Origin: an uncultured Erysipelotrichaceae bacterium
GTDB taxonomy: Bacteria; Bacillota_I; Bacilli_A; Erysipelotrichales; Erysipelotrichaceae
Direction: 5' to 3'
Length of the DNA: 64,000 nt
NCBI GenBank assembly: GCA_944324155.1
Contig: CALUVF010000081.1
Location: 31 to 64,030, forward strand
Part shown: one piece after another, positions 29,096 through 37,119 of the stretch
How positions within the stretch are numbered: position 1 is the first letter of the stretch
How the letters are laid out: every line of letters begins with the position of its first letter
The notes under the pieces: generated by a model
What the model was told of the DNA's origin: nothing
What the model saw: only the letters and a program-made list of their open reading frames with translations
Database searches by the model: none
Position numbers and translations under genes: made by a program

Positions 29096-29588
29096 CTATA
29101 TTCACCTCGTTGCTTGATAGTAGTAAATATTCCATACTACGATTAGTGAGTTCCTTGTCATACCACTCGATTAATAGCTTCACCTCAAAAGATTTTGTAT
29201 CACTAAGGCCAGACAAGACCAGACCCTTGACATAACCATCTTCCTTTTTTTCTTGGTTGGGAATAAAAGTATAGTCGATCGTATCAAAGATCCCAATGGA
29301 GGGTTGCATCTCATTTTCAAGATCGCTATTTTCAAGATAAGCCAAGGCAATCACATCATACATGGCGATCCGCGCCCCATCAATAAAAACATAATATCGA
29401 TAAGTTCCATCGTCTAACTCTGCCACTTCTAAAGAGGCATCAAAATATTCGGAAGAAGTATTAAAGCTCGTATTAGTAACAAGTTGCGTCAAAAGCTCAT
29501 TATAACGTCCATAGGCGATCTCTTCTTGATTGCCCTTTTGACAGCCGACAAGCAACAGGCACAACAAAATAATCAATATTTTTTTCAT
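29088..29588 (-). CDS. lipoprotein, function unknown
   Basis: Start at 'MKKILIILLCLLLVGC' (lipobox), 1 nt after the tyrS stop. The longer ORF start (29630) lies inside tyrS. Confidence 0.6.
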   Translation of the reverse strand: MKKILIILLCLLLVGCQKGNQEEIAYGRYNELLTQLVTNTSFNTSSEYFDASLEVAELDDGTYRYYVFIDGARIAMYDVIALAYLENSDLENEMQPSIGIFDTIDYTFIPNQEKKEDGYVKGLVLSGLSDTKSFEVKLLIEWYDKELTNRSMEYLLLSSNEVNIDE

Positions 29589-29589
29589 C

Positions 29590-30819
29590 TTACTTATCAA
29601 ACTGTAAGACATACCAATTCTTTTTGCCACGGCGTAAGACTGCTAATTCTTCACCAAAGGCTTCCTTTTTTAAAATAGCTAAATTGAAATCATTTATTTT
29701 TAGGCCATTTAAAGAAATACTGTTACCTTTAATTAGATCACGCGCCTCGCGTTTAGACTTGCACGCTCCGCACAAAACTAAGGCATCACATACATTGACA
29801 CCATCTTCGATCGTCACATGTGGTGCATCTAAAAGACCAGCTTTAATGTCTTCGACCTTCATATCTTTGATATCGCCACTAAACAAGGTCTTTGTGATCC
29901 TTAAGACATCTTCATAGGCTTCTTCGCCATGCAAGAAAATCGTGATCTCTTTAGCTAGGGCCTTATGGGCATCGCGATGTTCAGGGTGTTCTAAGTGTTG
30001 TTTTTCTAAAGATTCGATCTCATCTTTTGATAAGAAAGTAAAGATCTTAAGATAGTCAATGACCTTTTCATCTTCCACATTAAGCAAGAACTGATACATT
30101 GCATAGGGCGAAGTCTTATCTTTATCAAGCCACATGGCATTGCCTTCGGACTTTCCGAATTTATTGCCAGCCTTATCAGTTACAAGTGGCATCGTAAAGG
30201 CATAGGCCTCAACTCCTTCTTTCTTGCGGATTAGATCGACACCAGCTGTTATATTGCCCCATTGATCGCTTCCGGCGACCTGCATTAGGCAATGATGGCT
30301 CTTGTATAAATGGTAAAAGTCATAGGCTTGCAAAAGCATATAAGAGAATTCAGTAAAGGTAATGCCTGTTTCAAGACGTCTTCTGATAATATCCTTATCA
30401 AGCATGTAGTTGACATTGAAATATTTACCAGTGTCTCTTAAAAAATCCAAAAGATTCAGATCTTTGGTCCAATCATAGTTATCGACGATTTCAAAGCCGA
30501 ATAGTTTTTCAACCTGTTTTTTAAGTCCATTAATATTATGTTCTAAGGTCGCCTCATCTAGCATCTGTCTCTCGCCACTGGGTTTGGGATCACCAATCCT
30601 TCCAGTCGCCCCGCCAATAAGAAGGATCGGATGATGACCGCCTTCTTTTAAACGCTTGGCGATCAGGAAACTAGAAAGGTGGCCAAGATGCAGGCTATCA
30701 CCAGTCGGATCAGTTCCAATATAAAAGGTCAGACCTCCCTCATTTATTTTATCTTCGATTTCCGGGCTCGTCATATCTTTGACAAGGCCGCGCCACTTTA
30801 ATTCATCAAATAATTTCAT
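29590..30819 (-). CDS. tyrS: tyrosine-tRNA ligase
   Basis: Class I 'HLGH' and 'KFGKS' signatures. C-terminal S4 domain. Confidence 0.95.
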   Translation of the reverse strand: MKLFDELKWRGLVKDMTSPEIEDKINEGGLTFYIGTDPTGDSLHLGHLSSFLIAKRLKEGGHHPILLIGGATGRIGDPKPSGERQMLDEATLEHNINGLKKQVEKLFGFEIVDNYDWTKDLNLLDFLRDTGKYFNVNYMLDKDIIRRRLETGITFTEFSYMLLQAYDFYHLYKSHHCLMQVAGSDQWGNITAGVDLIRKKEGVEAYAFTMPLVTDKAGNKFGKSEGNAMWLDKDKTSPYAMYQFLLNVEDEKVIDYLKIFTFLSKDEIESLEKQHLEHPEHRDAHKALAKEITIFLHGEEAYEDVLRITKTLFSGDIKDMKVEDIKAGLLDAPHVTIEDGVNVCDALVLCGACKSKREARDLIKGNSISLNGLKINDFNLAILKKEAFGEELAVLRRGKKNWYVLQFDK

Positions 30820-30838
30820 ATCTATACCTCACCCCAAA

Positions 30839-30844
30839 ATTATA
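30839..30844 (-). promoter_or_regulatory. -10 element (TATAAT) for tyrS
   Basis: Minus strand ctttgatTATAATtttggggtgaggtatagatATG. About 19-nt leader with a GGTGAGG RBS. The -35 is weak. Confidence 0.45.
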
Positions 30845-30871
30845 ATCAAAGTTGCTAAATAAATAAAGCTT

Positions 30872-30899
30872 GAAAAAAAGATGGTCGCCCATCTTTTTA
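30872..30899 (-). terminator. rho-independent terminator after ccpA
   Basis: Minus strand AGATGG-gcga-CCATCT followed by TTTTTTT. Confidence 0.85.
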
Positions 30900-31916
30900 G
30901 TAAATCTTAGTCGTTTGCCGATTAGTGAAGAGATATTTTAGACATTTTTCTTTATCGGCTATCTCCTCGGCGTCCAGCATCTTGGTCAAAAGACGCATCG
31001 ATACCGCCCCCAGATCATATGAAGGGATCGAGAAAGAAGAAATCTGCGGGCGCATCATCGAATTGTATTTAGTATCGATGACACCTACGATCTCCATCTC
31101 GTCAGGTACCCTGATACCGTTTTCTCTGGCAGCATTTAAAACAGCCATCGCTTGTGAATCGCGGTTAGCGATCACAAGTTGATGTTTATGATCTAGAAAA
31201 TAGTCTTTCAAATAGTGGAAAGTCGTGTGGTAGTTCTTGGGCTTGCGGATCTCATTATCAAACTTTAGATCATGTTCCTTAAAGGCTCTTCTTGCCCCCT
31301 CTAACATCATCGAAGTGGTGTTGATATTGCGATGGTCGCCAACCACCGCGATATCACTGATGCCGTTAGAGAGATATTTGCTGCAAAGTTCATAGATTGC
31401 CTTTTCAATATCGACAAAAACCGAACAGATATTGTCGCTGGAAACGCGGTTTGAAATGACGACAATCGGGATATTGTATTGTCTAAGCAATGAGATCGAA
31501 CGGTCCGTAATGCGGTCGCTATAGACGATCACGCCATCGACCCGTGACTTAATGACATCATCGACGATGCTTTCAACATCGGTGATGCCTTCGTTGATCG
31601 TATGAAGCATGATGTTGTATTTATAGATCTTCGCAACATCTAAAAGCCCGTTGATGACTTGACCGACATAACTGAAACTGGCCTCAGGAACGATCAGTCC
31701 GACACTTGTAGTCTTAGAAAGTGCCAAGCCCTGGGCAATCGCATTGGGCTTATAGCCCAGCCGTGAAATAGCATCTTCGACCTTGCGCCTGGTTGGCTCT
31801 TTGACAACCTCTGAACCATTGATGACTCTTGAGACCGTCGCTAAAGAGACATCAGCTTCCTTGGCTACTTCATAGATCGTGACCCGTCTACTTTTCTTCC
31901 GGTTTGTTTGTGTCAT
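30897..31916 (-). CDS. ccpA: catabolite control protein A (LacI family)
   Basis: HTH 'TIYEVAKEADVSLATVSRVING'. 'IAKIYKYNIML' and 'DLGAVSMRLLTKML' closely parallel Bacillus CcpA. Synteny with ytxG/H-like genes. Confidence 0.8.
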   Translation of the reverse strand: MTQTNRKKSRRVTIYEVAKEADVSLATVSRVINGSEVVKEPTRRKVEDAISRLGYKPNAIAQGLALSKTTSVGLIVPEASFSYVGQVINGLLDVAKIYKYNIMLHTINEGITDVESIVDDVIKSRVDGVIVYSDRITDRSISLLRQYNIPIVVISNRVSSDNICSVFVDIEKAIYELCSKYLSNGISDIAVVGDHRNINTTSMMLEGARRAFKEHDLKFDNEIRKPKNYHTTFHYLKDYFLDHKHQLVIANRDSQAMAVLNAARENGIRVPDEMEIVGVIDTKYNSMMRPQISSFSIPSYDLGAVSMRLLTKMLDAEEIADKEKCLKYLFTNRQTTKIY

Positions 31917-32613
31917 CTCTTTCTTCCTTATCTTCCGGTCTTAGCCAATTGCGCAGGGCATCGACCGCCTTTTGAGCTACATCGATCGTTACATCTTTAG
32001 CCTTTTCGACCTTTTCATTTACTTCAGGTTTAGCCATGAATTCATCAATACCACTTTTTACTGAATCAAATAATTCGCTAGCCTTAGAAGCAACATTCTC
32101 ATAGGTCTTTTTAACCTTTTCGTTAGACATTACCTCTTCTGCCTTATCGACCACTGCGTCTTTGATATCGCCCAAAGTCTTGCCAGCCTTATCAAGAGTC
32201 TCTTGAACCTGAGGCGAATCTTTTACTTCATTAAATTTTTTGATGGCTTTATCACCAAGATTTTTTAAGGAATCCGAGGCATTAGAGAGACCTTCCTTGA
32301 CCTGGGGAGAATCTTTGATCTCATTGATTTTTTTAAGTGTCGCATTTGCCAGATCTTTGGACTTGGTCTTGACGAATTCGAGCGTCTTTTTAAGTTCCTC
32401 TGAATCTTTGATATTGGCAGCAGTGACTTTTAATTTAGCGATGGTCTTCTCAAAAAGATCGACCGTCCGATTTTTGATTTCGGTCGCCTTTTGTTTCAGA
32501 TCCTTGTCTTCGATATCATCGGTAGCCTTTGAGATCTCCTCGATCTTGCGTTTCATCTCTTCGACCGTCGATTCAACAGATTCTTCTAATTCTTTTCTTT
32601 CTTTCTCGTCCAT
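31888..32613 (-). CDS. Lys/Glu-rich helical-repeat protein (YtxH/LEA-like)
   Basis: 241 aa, strongly alpha-helical and charged. Internal 31-aa tandem repeat. Located where Bacillus has ytxH. Confidence 0.45.
   Translation of the reverse strand: MDEKERKELEESVESTVEEMKRKIEEISKATDDIEDKDLKQKATEIKNRTVDLFEKTIAKLKVTAANIKDSEELKKTLEFVKTKSKDLANATLKKINEIKDSPQVKEGLSNASDSLKNLGDKAIKKFNEVKDSPQVQETLDKAGKTLGDIKDAVVDKAEEVMSNEKVKKTYENVASKASELFDSVKSGIDEFMAKPEVNEKVEKAKDVTIDVAQKAVDALRNWLRPEDKEERDDTNKPEEK
32155..32340 (-). repeat. in-frame tandem duplication (2 x 31 codons) inside the helical-repeat gene
   Basis: 'TLKKINEIKDSPQVKEGLSNASDSLKNLGDK' versus 'AIKKFNEVKDSPQVQETLDKAGKTLGDIKDA'. The DNA copies are visibly similar. 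Confidence 0.7.
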
Positions 32614-32615
32614 GA

Positions 32616-33026
32616 TTACACCTCCTTATTATTCTTTAATTCATCACGGATATCGCCTACTTGCGTTTCGGCCTTCTTATTCTTCTTAAAGGACATCGAA
32701 GAAAGCTTGTCCTTTATAGCTTTAGAATTCTTGACAAGATAGTCACGCGACTGTTTAAACGCCACAACACCGGCATCGTGCACTTTATCGACCGTCTCAG
32801 AAAGCTTGACAGCCGTCGAAAGCGGGGCTTGCAGTTTTTCAATACTCTTATCAACTAGATCGATCGAATGTTCAGCTTTATCAATCGTCTTTTCAAAACG
32901 CTTGACAAGGACGCACAGACGATAGACAAAAACGATCAAAAATATCAAAAGGATACATAGGATTACCGGTATCAATAAGTCGGCAACATAAGAACTCGAT
33001 GTCATAAACTGATCCATATAATTCAT
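32616..33026 (-). CDS. DUF948 (YtxG-like) membrane-anchored general-stress-type protein
   Basis: 136 aa. One N-terminal TM helix followed by a long helical region. Position upstream of the ytxH-like gene. Confidence 0.55.
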   Translation of the reverse strand: MNYMDQFMTSSSYVADLLIPVILCILLIFLIVFVYRLCVLVKRFEKTIDKAEHSIDLVDKSIEKLQAPLSTAVKLSETVDKVHDAGVVAFKQSRDYLVKNSKAIKDKLSSMSFKKNKKAETQVGDIRDELKNNKEV

Positions 33027-33037
33027 CTCCTACGTCT

Positions 33038-33046
33038 ATTCTAACA
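33038..33046 (-). promoter_or_regulatory. extended -10 TGTTAGAAT upstream of the ytxG-like gene
   Basis: Minus strand aaaTGtTAGAATagacgtaggagATG, with 11 nt to the first ATG (very short leader). Confidence 0.5.
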
Positions 33047-33084
33047 TTTATGAAAAGATTTTCAATAATAATGATAACGCTTAA

Positions 33085-33615
33085 TTAATTATTTAGAGCG
33101 ATCTCGATCAAACGGGCATCTAAACACAAAAGTATGGCAATGGTGATAATAGCCAAAAGATCATTCAGATCACATTCATCTTTTAAGATGTGGAAGTGGT
33201 AAATGAAATTGCCCCTAAACAAGAGATCAAATTCGACAAAGTCTTCTTCTTCATAGACTTCATATCCCGAAAAATCCGCGTGATCATTATTTATGGCATA
33301 TGAAAAAGTTGGCAGATCACTGCTTAAAGCTTCATTATCATAGTGATAGATCAAGGCTTCTTTACTTTTAGCAAGACTGGCTTCTAGTTCTCTAAAAGAT
33401 ACATCCCTTAAAGCCAGTGTATAAGTACAGCCTTTAATTTCATCATCCTCATAAAGACAAAAGATCATATCATCGGCATTATAGTTATCTTTATCAAATA
33501 CGCTAGTCGGCTTAAGCTTGTTTAAGACAGCGACCAGTTTTTGAGTCACTACTTTTTTATTTTTACCGAGCACTTTGATCGTCGTCTTGTTTAAAAGATA
33601 ATCTGGTGTTTTCAT
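33085..33615 (-). CDS. hypothetical protein
   Basis: 176-aa ORF with an AAGGAGAA RBS. Acidic, with a hydrophobic C-terminal segment 'LLAIITIAILLCL'. No family recognised. Confidence 0.5.
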   Translation of the reverse strand: MKTPDYLLNKTTIKVLGKNKKVVTQKLVAVLNKLKPTSVFDKDNYNADDMIFCLYEDDEIKGCTYTLALRDVSFRELEASLAKSKEALIYHYDNEALSSDLPTFSYAINNDHADFSGYEVYEEEDFVEFDLLFRGNFIYHFHILKDECDLNDLLAIITIAILLCLDARLIEIALNN

Positions 33616-33631
33616 ACTCCGGTTCTCCTTT

Positions 33632-33660
33632 TTAAAAAAGGCTCCAAGCGAGCCTTAAAA
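33632..33660 (-). terminator. rho-independent terminator after the 177-aa gene
   Basis: Minus strand AAGGCTC-gcttg-GAGCCTT followed by TTTTTT. Confidence 0.8.
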
Positions 33661-34194
33661 TCAATCTTCCTTTAAGAGGTCGTCCAAAGAATAGTTTTCA
33701 AAATCATTTGCAGATTTTGTTTCTTTGATCGTCACACTAGCTTGTTTTAGATCCTCTTCTTTATCGGCTTCGATGGCACCATAGATTGGCGATAGGATCG
33801 TTCCGATCTTACTTTTGGTCGTATTTTGCCCAGTGATATTGGGGGCAGTAAATTTAGGGTGTGATCCCTTTGATTCAATAATACCAAAGATCGGGCTTAG
33901 TGCTGGCTGTGACTCGTACTTATAATCTTTGTCATACTCTACTTTGCGGATCGATTTTTTAGGCGTGACGTCGATCGAAATATGCGAAACGCTTTTGCGT
34001 GACAAGACATCATTCTCTTTCACATTTTTAACAACTTCCTTTTTAGGTTCGCTATAAGTAATCGGCGCTACTTTCTTGACCTCCTTCACAGGTGTTTTGA
34101 TTTCGCTTGTCTTTGATACGATATTAGGAATATCGATCTTTTCTTCTTTTTCTTCTTCAATCGGCTCAAAAATGAGATCCATAATCTTTTTCAT
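33661..34194 (-). CDS. hypothetical Lys/Glu-rich protein with repeated SPI[FY]G motif
   Basis: 177 aa, predicted disordered. 'ALSPIFGIIESKG' and 'ILSPIYGAIEADKE'. Acidic C-terminus 'YSLDDLLKED'. Confidence 0.5.
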   Translation of the reverse strand: MKKIMDLIFEPIEEEKEEKIDIPNIVSKTSEIKTPVKEVKKVAPITYSEPKKEVVKNVKENDVLSRKSVSHISIDVTPKKSIRKVEYDKDYKYESQPALSPIFGIIESKGSHPKFTAPNITGQNTTKSKIGTILSPIYGAIEADKEEDLKQASVTIKETKSANDFENYSLDDLLKED

Positions 34195-34212
34195 ACAAAT
34201 ACCCCTTTTTAT

Positions 34213-34845
34213 CTAATTTTCAGCGATCAAATCTTCTAGACGTCCATCTTGTGGGACGACGATCTGGAAAAGATCAAGCTGTTCTTTCTCGTAGTCAATG
34301 ATCGGTCGATTCGACATCGTCTTAACGACCTCCTTTTCATCTACAACCACATTATTAGCCATTTTGAGCATTATTGCAAGAACATCTCCTAAATAGTTAG
34401 ATCTCATCGTAGCATGAAAGCTGACATAGTCCGTATTGAGATTCAAAAGGTAAGAATCATCAATTTGATAAAGACGCACTTCATAACTTTGACCATCGTG
34501 GATAAAGCCGTAACTATAAATCATGTAGGCATCATCATAGATCTGTGTATCAAGATGCGCAAAGCTTGGATAATAGGCTTTGTTGATAATCTGGCTGACA
34601 TTGAGGCTCATCGCAAAGGTAATACCCTTATAAGACAAGATGTCATAGGTATATTGGGTATCTAGGACACTTACCATGCGTGGCAGATAATAAGAATAGA
34701 GATCTTTGTGATGATTGGCTTTCTTATAAAGGGCTGAGCTTTGAAAGGCTTTTGTCTTGGCAAAGAGCGATGACTTAGGATCCCCAATATTTTGACAGGC
34801 CACTAAAAGACATGACAGCACTACTACTAAAAAAGCTTTTCTCAT
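34213..34845 (-). CDS. lipoprotein, function unknown
   Basis: Signal peptide plus lipobox 'LLVAC'. 210 aa. Confidence 0.6.
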   Translation of the reverse strand: MRKAFLVVVLSCLLVACQNIGDPKSSLFAKTKAFQSSALYKKANHHKDLYSYYLPRMVSVLDTQYTYDILSYKGITFAMSLNVSQIINKAYYPSFAHLDTQIYDDAYMIYSYGFIHDGQSYEVRLYQIDDSYLLNLNTDYVSFHATMRSNYLGDVLAIMLKMANNVVVDEKEVVKTMSNRPIIDYEKEQLDLFQIVVPQDGRLEDLIAEN

Positions 34846-34878
34846 GTGAATATATTACCATAAAAATGAGGGCAAAAA

Positions 34879-35283
34879 TTACTCTTTGATTTTCTTACAG
34901 CTAAAGCCCGCACTTTTTAAAAGCTCGATGCTTCGATCAAGATGAAAATATGAACCATCTCTATAATCATCGATCCTAAAGACCGTCATGATCTCATCTT
35001 TTGACATCTTTTCAAGTTCATATTCAAAATACACATAGAGAAATTCACCATCAAAACGGTAATCCTTTAGATCCTTAACGTATTCTTTGATGATCTCTTC
35101 ATCGATATCTTCGATCTTGATGCGGACTTCTTCTTTATAATTCTTAATATGTTTAAAATCATATCCAAGTGTGATCCTTGTCAAAAAGGGGTCTTTATCA
35201 AGTTCACAATAGACATGCCCTGTATTATGACAAGCACTTAGTACAACAGATAAAACTAGAACGCTTACGAGTCTTTTAAACAT
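34879..35283 (-). CDS. lipoprotein, function unknown
   Basis: Signal peptide plus lipobox 'VLSAC'. 134 aa. Confidence 0.6.
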   Translation of the reverse strand: MFKRLVSVLVLSVVLSACHNTGHVYCELDKDPFLTRITLGYDFKHIKNYKEEVRIKIEDIDEEIIKEYVKDLKDYRFDGEFLYVYFEYELEKMSKDEIMTVFRIDDYRDGSYFHLDRSIELLKSAGFSCKKIKE

Positions 35284-35972
35284 GAGAAATAGGATTTAAA
35301 ACGAGCGTTTTCATTAAAGCTTAACTTTGCATTTTCATCATAACTTTTAGAAGTGATTGCCAAAGAGAGATCACCGAGTCTTATAGCTTCATTAATTATC
35401 GGAATATATGCATCCTTTAACTCAAGGCAAAGACCAGCGACCTTAGAACTTGTATCATTAAGGGAAATGTCCTTAAAGCTTTCATCATATAGCGTGACGA
35501 TCTTAACATTTTGAAAAAGCAAGTCGGAAATGATTCTTTCCTGATTGATCGTCAAATAGATATCGACTCTCATGCCTTTTGTTAAACTATTAGGCACGAC
35601 GCTCAAATTGCTGCTCAATAGATCAAAATGGGTCATTTCTAAAAGGCGGTGGTTACTATCGCGTCCCTCCCCTTTTTCATTGACCTGATCCTTTAAAAAG
35701 AAAGATCCCTTGGCGATCCTTAAATCTAGGGCCACAGAAGAGCCAATCAAGCGCTCTTTATTCAAGATCACTTCTTCTAAAACATAGGAACTAGGCATTT
35801 GAATAGCTTCTAAATCCTCCTCTTGGATCAAGTGATTGGCTTCTAGATTATGGCTGGCAATATAAACTGTAATAAGATCGAGCTTTAAATTGTGGTAAAT
35901 ATGGGCAAAGCCAAAACAAAGCAATAAAAGGACAATACTTAAAACAATAATCAGTACATACTTTTTATACAT
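35265..35972 (-). CDS. membrane-anchored SAF-domain protein (CpaB/RcpC-like N-terminal module)
   Basis: N-terminal TM helix, then 'VYIASHNLEANHLIQEEDLEAIQMPSSYV...IGSSVALDLRIAKGSFF', typical of SAF domains. Confidence 0.5.
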   Translation of the reverse strand: MYKKYVLIIVLSIVLLLLCFGFAHIYHNLKLDLITVYIASHNLEANHLIQEEDLEAIQMPSSYVLEEVILNKERLIGSSVALDLRIAKGSFFLKDQVNEKGEGRDSNHRLLEMTHFDLLSSNLSVVPNSLTKGMRVDIYLTINQERIISDLLFQNVKIVTLYDESFKDISLNDTSSKVAGLCLELKDAYIPIINEAIRLGDLSLAITSKSYDENAKLSFNENARFKSYFSCLKDS

Positions 35973-36019
35973 AAATTCACCTCACTTGATTATTGTGAGG
36001 TTAATCATTTTATCCTAAT

Positions 36020-36046
36020 AAAAAGCCATCTTTTGATAAGATGACT
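36020..36046 (-). terminator. rho-independent terminator after rnfB
   Basis: Minus strand CATCTT-atcaa-AAGATG followed by GCTTTTTATT. AT-rich 6-bp stem. Confidence 0.5.
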
Positions 36047-36054
36047 CTTTTTTC

Positions 36055-36363
36055 TTAGATTGATTTAACTTTTAGTGTCTCACCATCGGGTCCAGGGGTC
36101 GAATTCAAGTAATCGACGATCTTGGCCCTTTGATCGCTCTTGCAAGGACGACAGTTGACTGTATCGGTCTCCTTATTGACCAAAGCTGCTGCCAAGCCAC
36201 TGCAACCCGGATAGCCACAGCTCCCACAGTTATATCCTGGAAGCATTGCAGTAACCGTAGCTTCTCTCTCATCGCCCTTAACTTCAAAGACCTTAGAAGC
36301 AACAGCCAAGACAAAGCCTAAGATACAGCCCACCACAAGCATGACAATAAAGGAATTAAGCAT
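36055..36363 (-). CDS. rnfB: RnfB, minimal form (TM anchor + N-terminal Fe-S domain only)
   Basis: 'MLNSFIVMLVVGCILGFVLAVASKVF...LPGYNCGSCGYPGCSGLAAAL' matches the RnfB N-terminus. No ferredoxin-type CxxCxxCxxxCP repeats. ATG at 36363 overlaps the upstream stop (ATGCTTAA). Confidence 0.75.
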   Translation of the reverse strand: MLNSFIVMLVVGCILGFVLAVASKVFEVKGDEREATVTAMLPGYNCGSCGYPGCSGLAAALVNKETDTVNCRPCKSDQRAKIVDYLNSTPGPDGETLKVKSI

Positions 36364-36547
36364 TTTCTTTTTCTCCTTCTTTATGATGCGGGTGATGAGG
36401 ACAGGTCGCAAGGCGACAGCCCTCACAATCCGCTAATAGATTTTCGCAACCTTCGGGTTTAGGCGTCTTTTGATTGAGGTAAAAGCCAATCGCAAAGATA
36501 GCGCCTAAACCTACAAACAAAAGGATCGCAACGATAATCGAAGGCAT
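36356..36547 (-). CDS. small Cys/His-rich single-pass membrane protein embedded in the rnf operon
   Basis: 63 aa: TM helix plus 'GCENLLADCEGCRLATCPHHPHH'. Start overlaps the rnfA stop (TAATG) and stop overlaps the rnfB start. Confidence 0.5.
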   Translation of the reverse strand: MPSIIVAILLFVGLGAIFAIGFYLNQKTPKPEGCENLLADCEGCRLATCPHHPHHKEGEKENA

Positions 36548-37119
36548 TAGACGATACCAGCTAAGCCGCTAAATGCTAAAGCCATCAAAGCTGCCACAAC
36601 AAGCGCAACCGGATTACCTTTCCAAGAGCTGGTCGTATCAGCCGAATCGAGGCGCTCTCTTAAACAAGAGAATAACACCAGTACCAGCATGAAACCGGCT
36701 GGAACCGAGATCGAATTGACGATCGTCTCGATAAGATTGTAGTTTTGGGTGATATTGTCTTGCGCGACGAATAAGACGACACAATTCGTTGTGATTAACG
36801 GCAAGTAAATACCTAAAGACTTATAAAGCGAAGCACTGTACTTCTTGATGAACATTTCAGTAAATTGAACAAATGCGGCGATAACTAGGATAAAAGAGAT
36901 GAGCTGCATATATTCAATGCCGAAAGGCACAAGCACTAATTTGTATAGGGCAAAGGTCAAAAGCGAAGCACCGAAAATAACGAAGATGACCGCCAAGCCC
37001 ATACCAACTGCACTCTTGGCGCTTTTAGAAACACCAAGGAAAGGACAGATGCCTAAAAACTGTGTTAAGACGACGTTATTGATAAGGATCGCCGCCAAGG
37101 CCATTGATAATAATTCCAT
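36547..37119 (-). CDS. rnfA: Rnf complex subunit A
   Basis: 190 aa, 6 TM helices. 'NNVVLTQFLGICPFLGVS' signature. Confidence 0.9.
   Translation of the reverse strand: MELLSMALAAILINNVVLTQFLGICPFLGVSKSAKSAVGMGLAVIFVIFGASLLTFALYKLVLVPFGIEYMQLISFILVIAAFVQFTEMFIKKYSASLYKSLGIYLPLITTNCVVLFVAQDNITQNYNLIETIVNSISVPAGFMLVLVLFSCLRERLDSADTTSSWKGNPVALVVAALMALAFSGLAGIV

Noticed and set aside
32240-32689. 149-aa plus-strand ORF opposite the helical-repeat and DUF948-like genes
   Set aside because: Antisense shadow of a Lys/Glu-rich gene (it reads as Ser/Phe/Leu-rich). It crosses a gene boundary, has no start context, and the minus-strand genes have family-level support.
35976-36005. Hairpin CCTCAC-aataatcaa-GTGAGG overlapping the RBS of the SAF-domain gene as a translational switch
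   Set aside because: The stem is only 6 bp with no alternative pairing partner or conserved context visible. It cannot be distinguished from chance.
36105-36321. Alternative-frame and antisense ORFs inside rnfB (36105-36314 minus, 36130-36321 plus)
   Set aside because: They overlap the frame that encodes the recognisable RnfB Fe-S domain motif and have no independent support.
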